64,000 nt of DNA from Nitrospirota bacterium (GTDB taxonomy: Bacteria; Nitrospirota; Thermodesulfovibrionia; Thermodesulfovibrionales; Dissulfurispiraceae). The notes under the pieces are model-generated. The model was not told where the DNA came from and did not search any database. It saw only the letters and a program-made list of their open reading frames with translations. Of this stretch, positions 19,270 to 31,420 are shown in pieces (position 1 is the first letter of the stretch; each line of letters begins with the position of its first letter). The position numbers and the translations under genes were made by a program. The DNA is taken from contig CAWBMP010000004.1 in assembly GCA_963790025.1 (NCBI GenBank), positions 960,001-1,024,000 on the forward strand, written 5' to 3'.

Positions 19270-20628
19270 ATGAAAACAATGAAGGGCATTACATTTGTTG
19301 TCGTAGTAATAATGGCTCTGCTTTCTTTCTCGGCAGTCTTGCTCTATGCTGAAGATCAGAAACCGGCCGGCGCTCAGGCACCAGCTGCGCAACAGGCGCC
19401 GGCACCGGCACCGAAGATTGATACAGGGGACACTGCCTGGATGATCGTGGCTACGGCATTAGTTATGCTTATGACGATACCGGGCCTGGCCTTGTTCTAT
19501 GGCGGCATGGCGAAAGGTAAAAACGTACTGAATACTCTGGCAATGTCTTTTGCCACATTCGCCATCGTCAGCGTTCTCTGGGTAATTTATGGTTATACTT
19601 TTGCGTTCGGCACCGATGTAGGAGGCTTTATCGGCAGAGCCGAGAAACTGTTACTCTCGGGAGTAGGCGTAAATAGTATCAGCGACCTGGCAAAGACAAT
19701 ACCCGAGTTTATATTCATCGCATACCAGCTGACCTTTGCGGCGATCACGGTTGCGCTGGCGAGCGGCTCATATGTGGAAAGGATGAAGTTCTCGGCCTGG
19801 GTGCTGTTCTCAATACTCTGGTTAACCATTACCTATCTGCCGATAGCCCATTGGGTATGGGGCAACGGCTTTCTCATGAAGATGGGAGCCCTCGATTTTG
19901 CGGGTGGCACTGTCGTTCATATCAATGCCGGTGTCGCTGGACTCGTAGGTGCGATAATGCTTGGAAAAAGGAAGGACCCCACCTATAAACCAAACAACCT
20001 TCCTTTTGTAGTCATTGGCGCAGGACTCTTGTGGTTCGGCTGGTTCGGATTCAACGCCGGGTCTGCTCTTGCAGCCAACGGCCTTGCAGGGGCCGCCTTT
20101 CTTAATACAAATACAGCCACCGCGATGGCGACAGTGGCGTGGATGGTAACTGAATGGATACATGGCGGGAAGCCTACCGTCCTGGGTCTGGCTTCAGGGG
20201 CCGTCGCAGGACTTGTCACGATCACACCCGCTGCCGGTTTCGTAAATATTACCGGGGCCATAGTAATTGGGACAGCGGCGGGGATAATTCCCTTTTTCTG
20301 TGTTGCGAAACTCAAACCCTTGCTCGGCTACGACGACGCCCTCGACGCCTTCGGTGTTCACGCAATAGGCGGTACGATTGGAGCGCTTCTTACCGGTATA
20401 TTTGCCGATCCTGCCATCAATGACGCGGGCAAGGGTCTTCTTTATGGAAATCCGGGTCAGTTACTCATACAGCTTAAAGCTGTGGGAGTAACAATAGCGT
20501 ATACCGCGATAACAACCGCAATCATTTTTATGATAATCAAGGCAGTGACTGGTATCAGGGTCGATGCTGAGGAAGAGATGACAGGGCTCGACGAAAGTGC
20601 ACACGGCGAAAGGGCATATAACCTGTAA
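19270..20628 (+). CDS. amtB: Ammonium transporter AmtB
   Basis: GLALFYGG, DFAGGTVVH, GWFGFNAGS, DDALDAFGVH; start moved to ATG after GGAGG. Confidence 0.96.
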   Translation: MKTMKGITFVVVVIMALLSFSAVLLYAEDQKPAGAQAPAAQQAPAPAPKIDTGDTAWMIVATALVMLMTIPGLALFYGGMAKGKNVLNTLAMSFATFAIVSVLWVIYGYTFAFGTDVGGFIGRAEKLLLSGVGVNSISDLAKTIPEFIFIAYQLTFAAITVALASGSYVERMKFSAWVLFSILWLTITYLPIAHWVWGNGFLMKMGALDFAGGTVVHINAGVAGLVGAIMLGKRKDPTYKPNNLPFVVIGAGLLWFGWFGFNAGSALAANGLAGAAFLNTNTATAMATVAWMVTEWIHGGKPTVLGLASGAVAGLVTITPAAGFVNITGAIVIGTAAGIIPFFCVAKLKPLLGYDDALDAFGVHAIGGTIGALLTGIFADPAINDAGKGLLYGNPGQLLIQLKAVGVTIAYTAITTAIIFMIIKAVTGIRVDAEEEMTGLDESAHGERAYNL

Positions 20629-20707
20629 AGACAGTGCCAGTTTGTAGTGTCAGTAAACAGGGTCCTCCACTGACACTGAATACTGACGCTAAACATAAAG
20701 GAGATAA

Positions 20708-21049
<342 letters not shown>

Positions 21050-21065
21050 AGAGCTTGATTTTCCC

Positions 21066-21235
21066 ACATTTTTGTAGAAGGTACATTTTTGTAGGAATCG
21101 CGCTATGCTCTTGTTTTGAAGAATTAAAACTTCGCTTGTTCCCTGAAAATCCTACATTTTTGTAGGATTTTCAGGGAACTTATCTTATTATTATCCTTAA
21201 ATATCAATTAGTTAATAAGTGGCATGGTTCTGGCA
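21066..21235 (+). promoter_or_regulatory. sigma54 promoter of third amt with IHF site, three boxes and long palindrome
   Basis: TGGCATGGTTCTGGCA 21220-21235; TATCAATTAGTTA 21202-21214; ACATTTTTGT at 21066, 21083, 21154. Confidence 0.85.
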
Positions 21236-21285
21236 ATTCAAAAAAGTTTGTAATCATAGTTTTTTTGACTAAAAGGAGCCAGATC

Positions 21286-22599
21286 ATGAAGTTCAAAAAA
21301 ATTCTTCCTTATTTTTCAATATTTTTTTTGTTATTCCCTCTGAATACGTTTGCCCAAATCTCCGGTGAATCTTCCGGTAAAATAGACTCAGGGGATACCG
21401 CTTTTCTGCTTTTGTCTGCAGCGCTGGTCATGCTGATGACGCCTGCACTTGCGATCTTTTATGGTGGTATGGTGAGGAGAAAAAACGTCCTCGGAACAAT
21501 AATGCAAAGCTTTGTTGCCATTGCAATCATAAGTATACAATGGATTCTGTATGGTTATAGTCTCTCTTTTGGGCCCGATGTGCATGGAATAATAGGCAAT
21601 CTTGACTGGATAGGACTGAGAGGTGTGGGAGTTGCGCCTAACCCGGGTTATGCACCGACAGTACCTCATATAGCTTTCATGATATACCAGTGTATGTTTT
21701 CCGTCATTACCCCTGCGTTGATTACAGGTGCATTTGCAGAGCGTATGAAATTTTCTGCTTTTTTAGCTTTCGCCATCCTGTGGTCGACGTTAGTATATGA
21801 TCCAATCTGCCACTGGATATGGGCCAACGGCGGCTGGCTCAAAAATATGGGCGCTCTCGATTTTGCCGGAGGGATGGTAGTGCACATCACGTCAGGCATA
21901 TCAGCCCTGGCTGCTGCTCTCATTATTGGTAAAAGAAAGGGACATGCACACGACTTTACGCCTCACGACCTCCCTTTAACCGTTCTCGGCGCCGGACTTT
22001 TATGGTTCGGATGGTTTGGGTTTAATGCTGGAAGCGCCCTTTCCTCAGGCGCACTGAGCGCAATGACCTTCGCTGTTACGCATATTTCAGCGGTGGGGGC
22101 TACACTCATATGGGTTGTTATAGAGTGGCTTCACAGAGGGAAGCCCACCATGTTCGGGGCCGCAACAGGCGCCATCGCAGGACTCGCAACAATTACCCCT
22201 GCATCAGGATTTGTGGGACCCATGTCCGCCTTGATCATTGGATTATGTGCCGGGACCATTTGCTACCTGGCGCTGAACATGAAAAGCCGTTTCGGTTACG
22301 ATGACTCGCTGGATGCCTTCGGGGTGCATGGAATCGGCGGTATAATCGGCACCCTCGCCACCGGACTTTTTGCTCAAAAACTAATAAATCCGGCTGGGGC
22401 CGACGGCCTGTTCTTCGGCAATTCAGGAGTCTTTGTAACCCAGGTTATCAGTATATCCATAACAATTGTCTACTCATTCTGCGTTACCGCCCTGATCCTG
22501 AAAGTTCTGGATAGACTTATAGGATTAAGAGTCGACGACGAATCAGAAGTTCTCGGACTTGATTTATCTCAGCACGGCGAGAGCGGATACACATTGTAA
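21286..22599 (+). CDS. amtB: Ammonium transporter AmtB paralog
   Basis: DFAGGMVVH, GWFGFNAGS, DDSLDAFGVH. Confidence 0.96.
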   Translation: MKFKKILPYFSIFFLLFPLNTFAQISGESSGKIDSGDTAFLLLSAALVMLMTPALAIFYGGMVRRKNVLGTIMQSFVAIAIISIQWILYGYSLSFGPDVHGIIGNLDWIGLRGVGVAPNPGYAPTVPHIAFMIYQCMFSVITPALITGAFAERMKFSAFLAFAILWSTLVYDPICHWIWANGGWLKNMGALDFAGGMVVHITSGISALAAALIIGKRKGHAHDFTPHDLPLTVLGAGLLWFGWFGFNAGSALSSGALSAMTFAVTHISAVGATLIWVVIEWLHRGKPTMFGAATGAIAGLATITPASGFVGPMSALIIGLCAGTICYLALNMKSRFGYDDSLDAFGVHGIGGIIGTLATGLFAQKLINPAGADGLFFGNSGVFVTQVISISITIVYSFCVTALILKVLDRLIGLRVDDESEVLGLDLSQHGESGYTL

Positions 22600-22724
22600 T
22601 CGATTGCCTGAAATGTTGGCGGTAGCGGCCTTTTATTCGGGCAATTGCTGATGACTTTTGTTGCCGAACTCTCTGTTTTTAATCATTGCTATTCTGCCAC
22701 ATCACTTGCTATCATATTGTCCAT

Positions 22725-23429
22725 ATGTCCGTAATGATCTGCAAGAATATGGAAAACGAGGGCCCAGGCACTATTGAGGATTTTCTCAAGAAAGAGAATA
22801 TCGCTTATACTGTTTTGGAGATGCCGGGGACCGAAAATATCCCCAGTCCTGACGATTTCGATACTCTTCTGATGATGGGCGGCCCGATGAGTGTCAATGA
22901 GGATGATCTCTATCCCTATATTAATAAAGAGGAAGCGCTTGTAAAGGATTTTATTGCTAAAAGCAAACGCGTGCTCGGTGTATGTCTTGGAGCGCAGATA
23001 ATGGCAAAGGCACTCGGATCGCGAGTTTACAAAGGCGCTGAACAAGAGATAGGCTGGTATGATATAAACATTACCGGGGAGGGTTTGAGTGATGGACGCA
23101 TATTGCGTCTTGCCACTCATCCTCAGGATGGAAACATTTGTACGAAATTCAAAGTCTTCCACTGGCATGGTGAGACGTTCGATGTCCCTGACGGTGCTGT
23201 CGGGCTTGCAAGTTCGGCACTTTATCCGAATCAGGCATTCAGGTACGGCAAAAATGCATATGCATTTCAGTTCCATATTGAAGTAAAAAAGGGTATGATA
23301 TACGAGTGGCTGAAAAATGAGACAGTCGATCTTGAAAAAATAAGGGCTGAAACAGAAAGGCTTTATGATGTCTATACTGCCCGGGCACATAAGTTTTACG
23401 AAGCATTTTTTGGCCCATATAAAACATAA
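22725..23429 (+). CDS. Type 1 glutamine amidotransferase
   Basis: MGGPMSV, GVCLGAQ, FHWHGE, QFHIE triad. Confidence 0.9.
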   Translation: MSVMICKNMENEGPGTIEDFLKKENIAYTVLEMPGTENIPSPDDFDTLLMMGGPMSVNEDDLYPYINKEEALVKDFIAKSKRVLGVCLGAQIMAKALGSRVYKGAEQEIGWYDINITGEGLSDGRILRLATHPQDGNICTKFKVFHWHGETFDVPDGAVGLASSALYPNQAFRYGKNAYAFQFHIEVKKGMIYEWLKNETVDLEKIRAETERLYDVYTARAHKFYEAFFGPYKT

Positions 23430-23509
23430 ATCCACAGCATTCCATTGTGTTTTGGCTTAGGGCCTCTACTTTTTTTGCTGTGGTTAAGATTTGACACTAC
23501 AGGAGGTGA

Positions 23510-23851
<342 letters not shown>

Positions 23852-23935
23852 AAGAGTAAATGGGTAAATGGGCGAATGGGTATATGAGTTAAAGACATCA
23901 TATACTCATGCACTCATATACTCATCAAATCATTT

Positions 23936-25403
23936 ACTAAAAATAAAGGAGGGAATATGACACCAAAAGATGTACTGAAGATGGCGCAGGAAAACAAGGC
24001 TGTAATGGCAAACTTCAAGTTTCTTGATTATCCCGGGATATGGCAGCACTTTGGAGCACCAATCTCGGAATTAACGGAGGATGTATTTGAGAGCGGACTG
24101 GGTTTTGACGGCTCCTCGATAAGGGGCTGGCAGGCTATACATACGTCTGATATGCTGATAATTCCGGACCCATCCACGGCCTTTATCGACCCCTTCATGG
24201 AATACCCGACCATAAGCCTCATCTGCAATATCATGGACCCGATCACCAAAGAGTTTTATACAAGAGACCCCCGCTATATTGCTCAAAAGGCGGAGGCCTA
24301 TTTGAAATCTACCGGGATTGGTGATACGGCGTATTTCGGTCCTGAGGCAGAGTTCTTTATTTTTGACGACATCATGTTCGACCAGAACTCACACAGCGGC
24401 TATTATTTCATCGATTCAGTTGAAGGTATCTGGAATTCGGGCCGTGATGAAAAGCCGAACCTCGGCTATAAGCCAAGGCATAAAGAAGGCTATTTCCCTG
24501 TTCCTCCAACCGACAGTCTCGTCAACCTGAGAACAGAGATGGTCATGGAAATGCTGAAATGCGGCATCTATGTGGAAAAAGAACACCATGAAGTGGCCAC
24601 TGCGGGGCAGGCCGAGATAGATATGAGATTTGAGTCCCTGCTCAAGATGGCGGACAATCTCATGCTCTTCAAATACATAATCAAGAATGTCGCAAAGAGG
24701 CATAACAAGACAGTTACATTCATGCCGAAGCCCCTTTTCGGCGACAACGGTTCGGGGATGCATACACACCAGAGCATATGGAAAAACGGAAAGCCTGTTT
24801 TTGCAGGCAATGGCTATGCAGGCCTTAGCGAAACAGCACTCTACTACATCGGCGGCATACTGAAGCACGCAAAATCCCTGGCAGCCATTACCAATCCAAC
24901 AACCAATTCATACAAAAGATTGACCCCGGGCTTTGAAGCGCCGGTGAACCTTGCCTACTCTGCAAGAAACCGTTCGGCTGGAGTCAGGATACCAACTTAC
25001 TCTCCAAGCCCGAAAGCAAAGAGGGCAGAAGTAAGGTTCCCTGACCCCTCATGTAATGGCTATCTTGCCTTTGCAGCCATGCTGATGGCAGGACTTGACG
25101 GCATCGAAAATAAGATACATCCGGGCGAGCCGCTCGATAAAGATATTTACGAACTCGGCCCCGAAGAGCTTGCATCGGTGCCGACCATGCCTGGAAGCCT
25201 CGAGGAGGCCCTCGGCAACCTCGAAGAAGACCACGATTACCTGAGGAAAGGCGATGTCTTTACCGAAGACGCACTGGAAACGTGGATAAGCTACAAGAGG
25301 TCAAAAGAAGTGGATGCCCTACGACTGAGGCCGCACCCTTATGAGTTTTTCCTGTATTACGATATTTAAGATACTCTTTACATAATGACAAAAAAAGGGG
25401 GAC
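23936..25403 (+). repeat. About 1.47 kb direct repeat, copy 2
   Basis: Matches 17558-19025. Confidence 0.95.
23957..25369 (+). CDS. glnA: Glutamine synthetase type I, copy 2
   Basis: Translation identical to copy 1. Confidence 0.98.
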   Translation: MTPKDVLKMAQENKAVMANFKFLDYPGIWQHFGAPISELTEDVFESGLGFDGSSIRGWQAIHTSDMLIIPDPSTAFIDPFMEYPTISLICNIMDPITKEFYTRDPRYIAQKAEAYLKSTGIGDTAYFGPEAEFFIFDDIMFDQNSHSGYYFIDSVEGIWNSGRDEKPNLGYKPRHKEGYFPVPPTDSLVNLRTEMVMEMLKCGIYVEKEHHEVATAGQAEIDMRFESLLKMADNLMLFKYIIKNVAKRHNKTVTFMPKPLFGDNGSGMHTHQSIWKNGKPVFAGNGYAGLSETALYYIGGILKHAKSLAAITNPTTNSYKRLTPGFEAPVNLAYSARNRSAGVRIPTYSPSPKAKRAEVRFPDPSCNGYLAFAAMLMAGLDGIENKIHPGEPLDKDIYELGPEELASVPTMPGSLEEALGNLEEDHDYLRKGDVFTEDALETWISYKRSKEVDALRLRPHPYEFFLYYDI

Positions 25404-25426
25404 TCTACAGAGCCCCCCTTTTTTTT
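25390..25426. terminator. Bidirectional intrinsic terminator
   Basis: A7-GGGGGACTCT-AC-AGAGCCCCCC-T8 between convergent genes. Confidence 0.85.
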
Positions 25427-25430
25427 CGTT

Positions 25431-25868
25431 CTACCCATATCTTTCAGTGATACATGTTTCGAGTGTACGTATGGTGACCTCCTGGTCGGAAATAATTTCA
25501 TTAACCACGTCCCCTATAGTTATAATGCCTACAACTAGATCACTGTCGATGACGGGTAAACAACGGATTTTTTTTGCCGAAATCAGGGCCATGCATTCAG
25601 CCATCGTATTCCCCGGGTTAACATAAAACACCTGTTGTGTCATCACTTCGCTGACACACGTATCCTTTGAAGACTTTCCCTGAAGGATGACTTTTCTAGC
25701 GTAATCACGTTCCGAAAAAATCCCGACAAGTTTGCAGTTATCAATGACTAATACGGTCCCGATATCCTTTGCGGCCATCAATTCAAGGGCCGCGAATGCA
25801 GTTAACTCGGGAGAAACCGACCAGACATTTCGGCTATGGGTCTTCAAGAACTCCCTAACGTTTTTCAT
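25431..25868 (-). CDS. Tandem CBS-domain protein
   Basis: LVGIFSERDYARK, VGIITIGDVV. Confidence 0.9.
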   Translation of the reverse strand: MKNVREFLKTHSRNVWSVSPELTAFAALELMAAKDIGTVLVIDNCKLVGIFSERDYARKVILQGKSSKDTCVSEVMTQQVFYVNPGNTMAECMALISAKKIRCLPVIDSDLVVGIITIGDVVNEIISDQEVTIRTLETCITERYG

Positions 25869-25904
25869 GTGACATTCTCTCCATGTCCATAGATACTGAT
25901 TTGC

Positions 25905-26432
25905 TTATTTATTTCCGATAGCTTTTGTCGTGGACTGAATCATTGCCGTATCTTCAGCCCTGCCGAGAAGCATGTCCATATCGAGCAATATAATAAGCCG
26001 CTCATCCAGCTTGGCGATCCCTTTTATGAACTCGGCCCTTATATTGGATGCCATAGGCGGTGTAGGCTCAACTGTCGAAGAGGGAATTCTAAGCACTTCA
26101 GATACCGAATCGACGACAAGGCCCATTGTTATACCCTGCACATCCATTATCATTATGCGAGTATGCTCGTCATTCTCCCTTTCGGCAAGGCCAAACTTTC
26201 GTCTGATATTCACTACCGGTATCACCTTGCCCCTAAGGTTAATCACACCCTCAACATAAGGCGGGGAGTTAGGCACCCGTGTAATTTCTTTCATCCGGTT
26301 AATTTCCTGCACCTTGAGAATAGCTACGGCGTATTCCTCGCTGCCAAGATTAAAGGTAACAAGTTGGAGAAGTTCGTCACTCCCCGCTGTCTTTATTGCT
26401 TCTGAGGAATCTGTTGATACCATTTCGCCCAT
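25905..26432 (-). CDS. cheW: Chemotaxis adaptor CheW
   Basis: QLVTFNL..EEYA, GVINLRGKVIPV, GLVVDSVSEV. Confidence 0.95.
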   Translation of the reverse strand: MGEMVSTDSSEAIKTAGSDELLQLVTFNLGSEEYAVAILKVQEINRMKEITRVPNSPPYVEGVINLRGKVIPVVNIRRKFGLAERENDEHTRIMIMDVQGITMGLVVDSVSEVLRIPSSTVEPTPPMASNIRAEFIKGIAKLDERLIILLDMDMLLGRAEDTAMIQSTTKAIGNK

Positions 26433-26602
26433 GCGACACCTCCAGCTATAAAAAATTATAAATGCTGAATGCAGGATGTTGCCTTAATGAGAAAACCATC
26501 CATGCAACATTTAACCTTTAAAACTCAGCATTGCTTCTCTCTTTAATTGGTTTTATTATACTGAATTGCTTAGTTTTTTTCATTACGCATCCCTTGTGAC
26601 TG

Positions 26603-29419
26603 CTAAGCTATGTGGTCCCACATGCCGCTGACCAGGGCCTTTCTCCCGCGCAGTGTCACCAGGAGTTCCTCGTCGCTCATACCACCGAGATCAGCCATAC
26701 CATGCAGGACAGATCCCTTGTCTTTCAATACCGCTTCATTTTTCAGACGCAGCATTGTTTCGATATTGCGGTAAAAGACATAGCTATCGCTGAGCATGCG
26801 CGAATCGTCTTCCATAAGAATACCCGCCCTACAAATGCGCCTTATTGCTTCAAAGGTATGCTGTACCAACAGTTCAGGGTGGTCCCTGCAGTGCTTCATT
26901 TGCAGATACTGTATCATAAATTCAAGCTCGATAAGCCCCCCTTCACCCCGCTTTATATCATATAATCCGGAGCTTATCGATTCCTTCGAAAGTTCCTTGC
27001 CGATTCTTTCGAGCATTCTTTTTATTTCCGCTACAGTTACGTCGCTGCCTTTGGCAAGCAATACTTCCCTTCTCATCGCCATGAAAGACCTGTTCGTATT
27101 TTTGTCGCCGGTTATAGGGCGCGCCTTCAAAAGGGCCTGCAATTCCCACAGCCCGGCGGAGCGGCGATAGTAAGCAGCAAGCCCGTCGATCGAGCTTACA
27201 AGCGGACCCTTATTGCCGTCGGGACGCAGCCGCGTATCCATTTTATAGGCAATGCCATCTTTTGTATGCAACATGGCAATTTTCAGTATATGCTCTGCTG
27301 CTTTTATGTCATCAATTGACGGCTCATAACGTGTCAAAAATACTATGTCGAGATCTGAATTAAACGTAATTTCGCGCCCGCCCAGCTTGCCGTAACTTAT
27401 GATTGAGAGTGCCGATGTTTCGGAACTGTGCTCCTGTACCAATAGTGCCGCTACAGCCTCCGCGACATTGCTCAGCGATTTCATAAGCTGCAGTATATTC
27501 AGCTGCCTGCCCAAAAACAGAATTCCCAGCCTGACCTCCTCAAGCCTTCTAAATAGCCGGACAGCCGTAGCTGCCCCGTGCAGTCCGGCAAGCATTGCGA
27601 GTTCTTTCTTCAGTCCATCGAGTCTCTTTACTCTTACTTCACCTTCCACAAGGGAGTCCAGGTATGCAGTATTGCTCATGAGTATCTTTGAGAGGTACTC
27701 GCTATGGGAGAAGACAAAAATGAGAAGAGATATTAATTCTCTCCGCCCGGCAATTGTTTCCAGATATGATTCCTTTGTAGACATAAGAGCGGCGAAATCC
27801 ACGAGTTGGAGCAGCGCGAGATCCGTGTCAAAGCTTTGCAGTGCCTCTTCAATAAATTGCGGCATGATATCTTCCAGCAGCCTTCTGCCCCTTATCGTCT
27901 GGAAAAAGTTGACCGTATTCCTGAGCTTCATTAAATAGTGAATCGCTCTCCTGGTATCTTTAACCCCCTTTTTCGCAAGCTCTTCGGCCATAAGTTCCTC
28001 AACAGGCATATCGATATCCCAGAACTCGGCGCTCATAATGCCAAGATAGGTTGACCTGTGAATATCTCCGTTTTTCACGAAAAGCAAAGAATCATATATT
28101 GACCGAACCTTGTGCCTTCTGTTTGACAGTTCCTGCAAAAAGGCTGTCCCGCTTCCGAATCCCATACGCCTGCCGACTATCTCAAACTCCTTATCGCCAA
28201 CCGGAATCGTGTGGGTCTGAAGGTCATTCATCTGCTGGAGGCGGTGTTCGAGCGTCCTCAAAAAAACATAGTTGTCAGTCAGATGGCGAAAATCCTCATA
28301 GCCGATCAGTCTCTTCTGCATAAGCCGGTCGAGAATAAGAAAAGTGCTCCTTTCCCTCAGAAATACTTCTTTTCCCCCGTAAATCAGTTGGAAAATCTGT
28401 ATAAAAAATTCTATTTCACGTATACCGCCGTAGCCCCTCTTTATGTCTCTGCCGAGAGTGCCGGACTTAATCTGTTCGACCTGGGACTTCATACGTCTTA
28501 TTTCGTCGATGGCGTCGAAGTCAAGGTATTTCCTGTAGACAAAAGGCCTCACCATCTGAAGGAATTCTTTCCCCAGTGCCGGATTGCCGGCCACAACACG
28601 GGCCCGGAGAAGCGCTGCCCGCTCCCACAGCTGTCCCCATGACTCATAATAGTCCTCGTGCCCCCTCAGCGACAGGGCCAGACTGCCAAGTTGCCCCTGC
28701 GGTCTAAGCCGTAAATCGACACGGTAAGCAAAACCATCACTGGTATTAGCGGAAAGGAAACGTGCATACTCTTCCACAAGTTTGGAGTAATATTCGGCAG
28801 CAGTAATCTTGTTTATCGTTACGCCGCGACTCATCTTCAATCCTGTCGTTTCACCTTCATCTTTATATACAAAGATGATGTCTACATCCGAACTGTAATT
28901 GAGTTCTTGCGCCCCCAGTTTCCCGAGACCTATGACGACCAGAGCGTTGTTCCTGGGCCGCCCATACCGTTGTTCAATAAAAGACTCTATAAAAATCAGG
29001 GATTCATCCAATACCGTATCGGCAAGATTGCTTATATCGAGCATCGATGATTGAAGGTCCGCCAGCTTGAGAATGTCCTTGAGGGTGACAGTGAGCATTT
29101 CCTGTTTTCTGAAGTGCCGCAGTGCTCTCATGCCTTCATCTATCGAGGCACATGTACTGAACATGCTCTTCAGCTTTTTCCGCAGATATGCCTTTTCAAA
29201 AGAAAGACCGAGGCTATTGATCGCATGGAATAAAACATCCGGGTATTGTATTGAGTAATTCGCAAGGAACTGACTGTAAGAAAACAGCATGGATACCCGG
29301 TACAGATTTTGTTCCAGTTTATCCGCGTACCCTGGGTTTTGCGAGAGAAAGGCCTCTATATTATTGCCGGCGCGTTCGGGATCGGGGCAGAAAGACAAAT
29401 CAAAACCGGTGACCCTCAT
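26603..29419 (-). CDS. glnE: Glutamine synthetase adenylyltransferase / adenylyl-removing enzyme
   Basis: Two nucleotidyltransferase domains: GKLGAQELNYSSDVD + DLRLRP; GKLGGREITFNSDLD + DTRLRP. Confidence 0.95.
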   Translation of the reverse strand: MRVTGFDLSFCPDPERAGNNIEAFLSQNPGYADKLEQNLYRVSMLFSYSQFLANYSIQYPDVLFHAINSLGLSFEKAYLRKKLKSMFSTCASIDEGMRALRHFRKQEMLTVTLKDILKLADLQSSMLDISNLADTVLDESLIFIESFIEQRYGRPRNNALVVIGLGKLGAQELNYSSDVDIIFVYKDEGETTGLKMSRGVTINKITAAEYYSKLVEEYARFLSANTSDGFAYRVDLRLRPQGQLGSLALSLRGHEDYYESWGQLWERAALLRARVVAGNPALGKEFLQMVRPFVYRKYLDFDAIDEIRRMKSQVEQIKSGTLGRDIKRGYGGIREIEFFIQIFQLIYGGKEVFLRERSTFLILDRLMQKRLIGYEDFRHLTDNYVFLRTLEHRLQQMNDLQTHTIPVGDKEFEIVGRRMGFGSGTAFLQELSNRRHKVRSIYDSLLFVKNGDIHRSTYLGIMSAEFWDIDMPVEELMAEELAKKGVKDTRRAIHYLMKLRNTVNFFQTIRGRRLLEDIMPQFIEEALQSFDTDLALLQLVDFAALMSTKESYLETIAGRRELISLLIFVFSHSEYLSKILMSNTAYLDSLVEGEVRVKRLDGLKKELAMLAGLHGAATAVRLFRRLEEVRLGILFLGRQLNILQLMKSLSNVAEAVAALLVQEHSSETSALSIISYGKLGGREITFNSDLDIVFLTRYEPSIDDIKAAEHILKIAMLHTKDGIAYKMDTRLRPDGNKGPLVSSIDGLAAYYRRSAGLWELQALLKARPITGDKNTNRSFMAMRREVLLAKGSDVTVAEIKRMLERIGKELSKESISSGLYDIKRGEGGLIELEFMIQYLQMKHCRDHPELLVQHTFEAIRRICRAGILMEDDSRMLSDSYVFYRNIETMLRLKNEAVLKDKGSVLHGMADLGGMSDEELLVTLRGRKALVSGMWDHIA

Positions 29420-30252
29420 TCACGCCACAACCGCGGGTCGAGCGCGTCGCGTAATCCTTCCCCGACAAGATTATAACTCAGCACCGTAATAAGAATGGCA
29501 AAGCCCGGGAAAAGCGAAAGCCACCACGCAACAGTAATATTATCCTTTCCCGATGTAAGGATATTCCCCCAGCTCGGTTCAGGCGGCTGTACGCCAAGCC
29601 CCAGGAATGACAGGGCCGATTCGGTCAGTATCGCCCCGGCAATACCAAACGTAGCGGCCACAAACACGGGAGAAAGGGCATTTGGGATGATGTGCCTGAA
29701 AATAATTCTGGGATTGCTCGCGCCGATTGCCCTTGCAGCCGAAACGAAGTCGCGCTCTTTGAGTGTCAAAAATTCCGCCCTGACAAGCCGGGAAACGTCC
29801 ATCCAACCAGTAAGCCCAATAATAATCATTATCGTGGAAATGCTCGGCTCGACAATCGCAATGACTGCCAGTATCAGGAAGAATGTTGGAAAGCAAAGCA
29901 TTATATCGACAAACCGCATAAGCAGAGAATCTATTATGCCTCCGTAATATCCCGCCATAGCGCCGAGGACAGTTCCTATCGTTATTGCAATGCCTACGGC
30001 GATAAAACCAACTTTCAGGGATGAGCGGCTGCCCCATATCATTCGCGACAAAACATCCCTGCCCAATTCATCGGTCCCGAACGGATGGGCCGCATTGGGA
30101 GTTGACAGGACATCGTAAACGTTAATAGCGGTCGGACTGTAAGGAGCGATAATGGGAGCAAACAGCGCGACCATGGCAAGGAGCAGAATAATAATCGCCC
30201 CTGTCACAGAGAGTGGATTCTTCTTGAACCTGTTCCAGATTATACGAAGCAT
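29416..30252 (-). CDS. Peptide/nickel ABC permease (DppC/OppC-like)
   Basis: HPFGTDELGRD, ESALSFLGLG. Confidence 0.92.
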   Translation of the reverse strand: MLRIIWNRFKKNPLSVTGAIIILLLAMVALFAPIIAPYSPTAINVYDVLSTPNAAHPFGTDELGRDVLSRMIWGSRSSLKVGFIAVGIAITIGTVLGAMAGYYGGIIDSLLMRFVDIMLCFPTFFLILAVIAIVEPSISTIMIIIGLTGWMDVSRLVRAEFLTLKERDFVSAARAIGASNPRIIFRHIIPNALSPVFVAATFGIAGAILTESALSFLGLGVQPPEPSWGNILTSGKDNITVAWWLSLFPGFAILITVLSYNLVGEGLRDALDPRLWRE

Positions 30253-31223
30253 TACTTCACCCGGATCCTCGGGTCTACAAGGGAATAGGATATGTCGGCA
30301 ATCAAATTGCCGAAGAGAGTCAGTATAGCGCCAATGACCAATATGCCCATGATAGTGGGATAATCTCTTGACATGGTAGAGGCGTAAAAGAGTTGCCCCA
30401 TTCCCGGTATGGCAAAAATTGTTTCGAATATAACCGAACCGCCGATAAGGCCCGGAACCGAGAGGCCGAGGATAGTGACGATGGGCAAAAGGGCGTTCCT
30501 CACCGCATGCCGGACAATGACCTCCGACTCCTTCAGGCCCTTTGCCCTTGCAGTCCTTATATAGTCCTGTCTGATCACCTCAAGCACGCTCGAACGGCTG
30601 TATCTGCTGAATCCAGCAATGCCCCCAAAGGCGCTCAAACTTACCGGCAGAACGAGGTGACGGGCCCAATCCCCCAACCTTCCCAATGGTCCCATGCCTG
30701 AAACATCTATATTCTGTATTCCCGAAATAGGCAATAGTCCCAGATCGACTCCGAATATGATCATCAAGATCAACGCGAGCCAGAAAGTAGGCGTGGAAAA
30801 TCCCAGGAACACAAATACCGTAGTCAGCTTATCAAAAACCGAGTACTGCTTCACCGCAGACAGTACGCCTATTGGGATGGCCGTAACAATAATCAGCAGC
30901 AGCGAAAGAAGATTGATAACCAGTGTAACCCGAATCCGTTCCTTTATTTTATCGGTGACCTTCTTACCGTCGACAAAAGAAGTTCCGAAGTCCAGTTTCA
31001 CAAACCTATTGAGCCATTCAAAATACTGGACGTGCAGCGGTTTATCGAGACCATAAAGCCTCTTGAGGTTCTCTCTTGCCTGGGCAGATGACTTGAGGGA
31101 CATTTCGGTTTCAACCTCAACAGGTCCGCCAGGCGCCAGATGTATGACAGCAAAGGTGATCAGCGTAATCCCGAAAATGAGCGGGACCATTAACAGAAGG
31201 CGTTTAAAGATATATACCGACAT
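30252..31223 (-). CDS. Peptide/nickel ABC permease (DppB/OppB-like)
   Basis: [22 protein letters not shown]. Confidence 0.92.
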   Translation of the reverse strand: MSVYIFKRLLLMVPLIFGITLITFAVIHLAPGGPVEVETEMSLKSSAQARENLKRLYGLDKPLHVQYFEWLNRFVKLDFGTSFVDGKKVTDKIKERIRVTLVINLLSLLLIIVTAIPIGVLSAVKQYSVFDKLTTVFVFLGFSTPTFWLALILMIIFGVDLGLLPISGIQNIDVSGMGPLGRLGDWARHLVLPVSLSAFGGIAGFSRYSRSSVLEVIRQDYIRTARAKGLKESEVIVRHAVRNALLPIVTILGLSVPGLIGGSVIFETIFAIPGMGQLFYASTMSRDYPTIMGILVIGAILTLFGNLIADISYSLVDPRIRVK

Positions 31224-31420
31224 ATCAACTTACCCGTTTCAGCTCCTTTTCATTTACCCGCGTCGAGCGACACAGTTTCTCAACTCCGACAATTCTTATT
31301 ATACTATAGCTGCGGCGGTTGCAGATCACAAAACCCGGCAATTGTAGATTGTGGGAATATCCACTATACTACATTTAACACGGCGACAAATGAAACCAAA
31401 AAGCCAAAAGGAGAAATATT

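Noticed and set aside
26603..31223. dppBC-like genes coupled to glnE as a functional nitrogen module
   Set aside because: Overlapping stop/start is real, but binding protein and ATPases are absent and nothing else supports a shared function.
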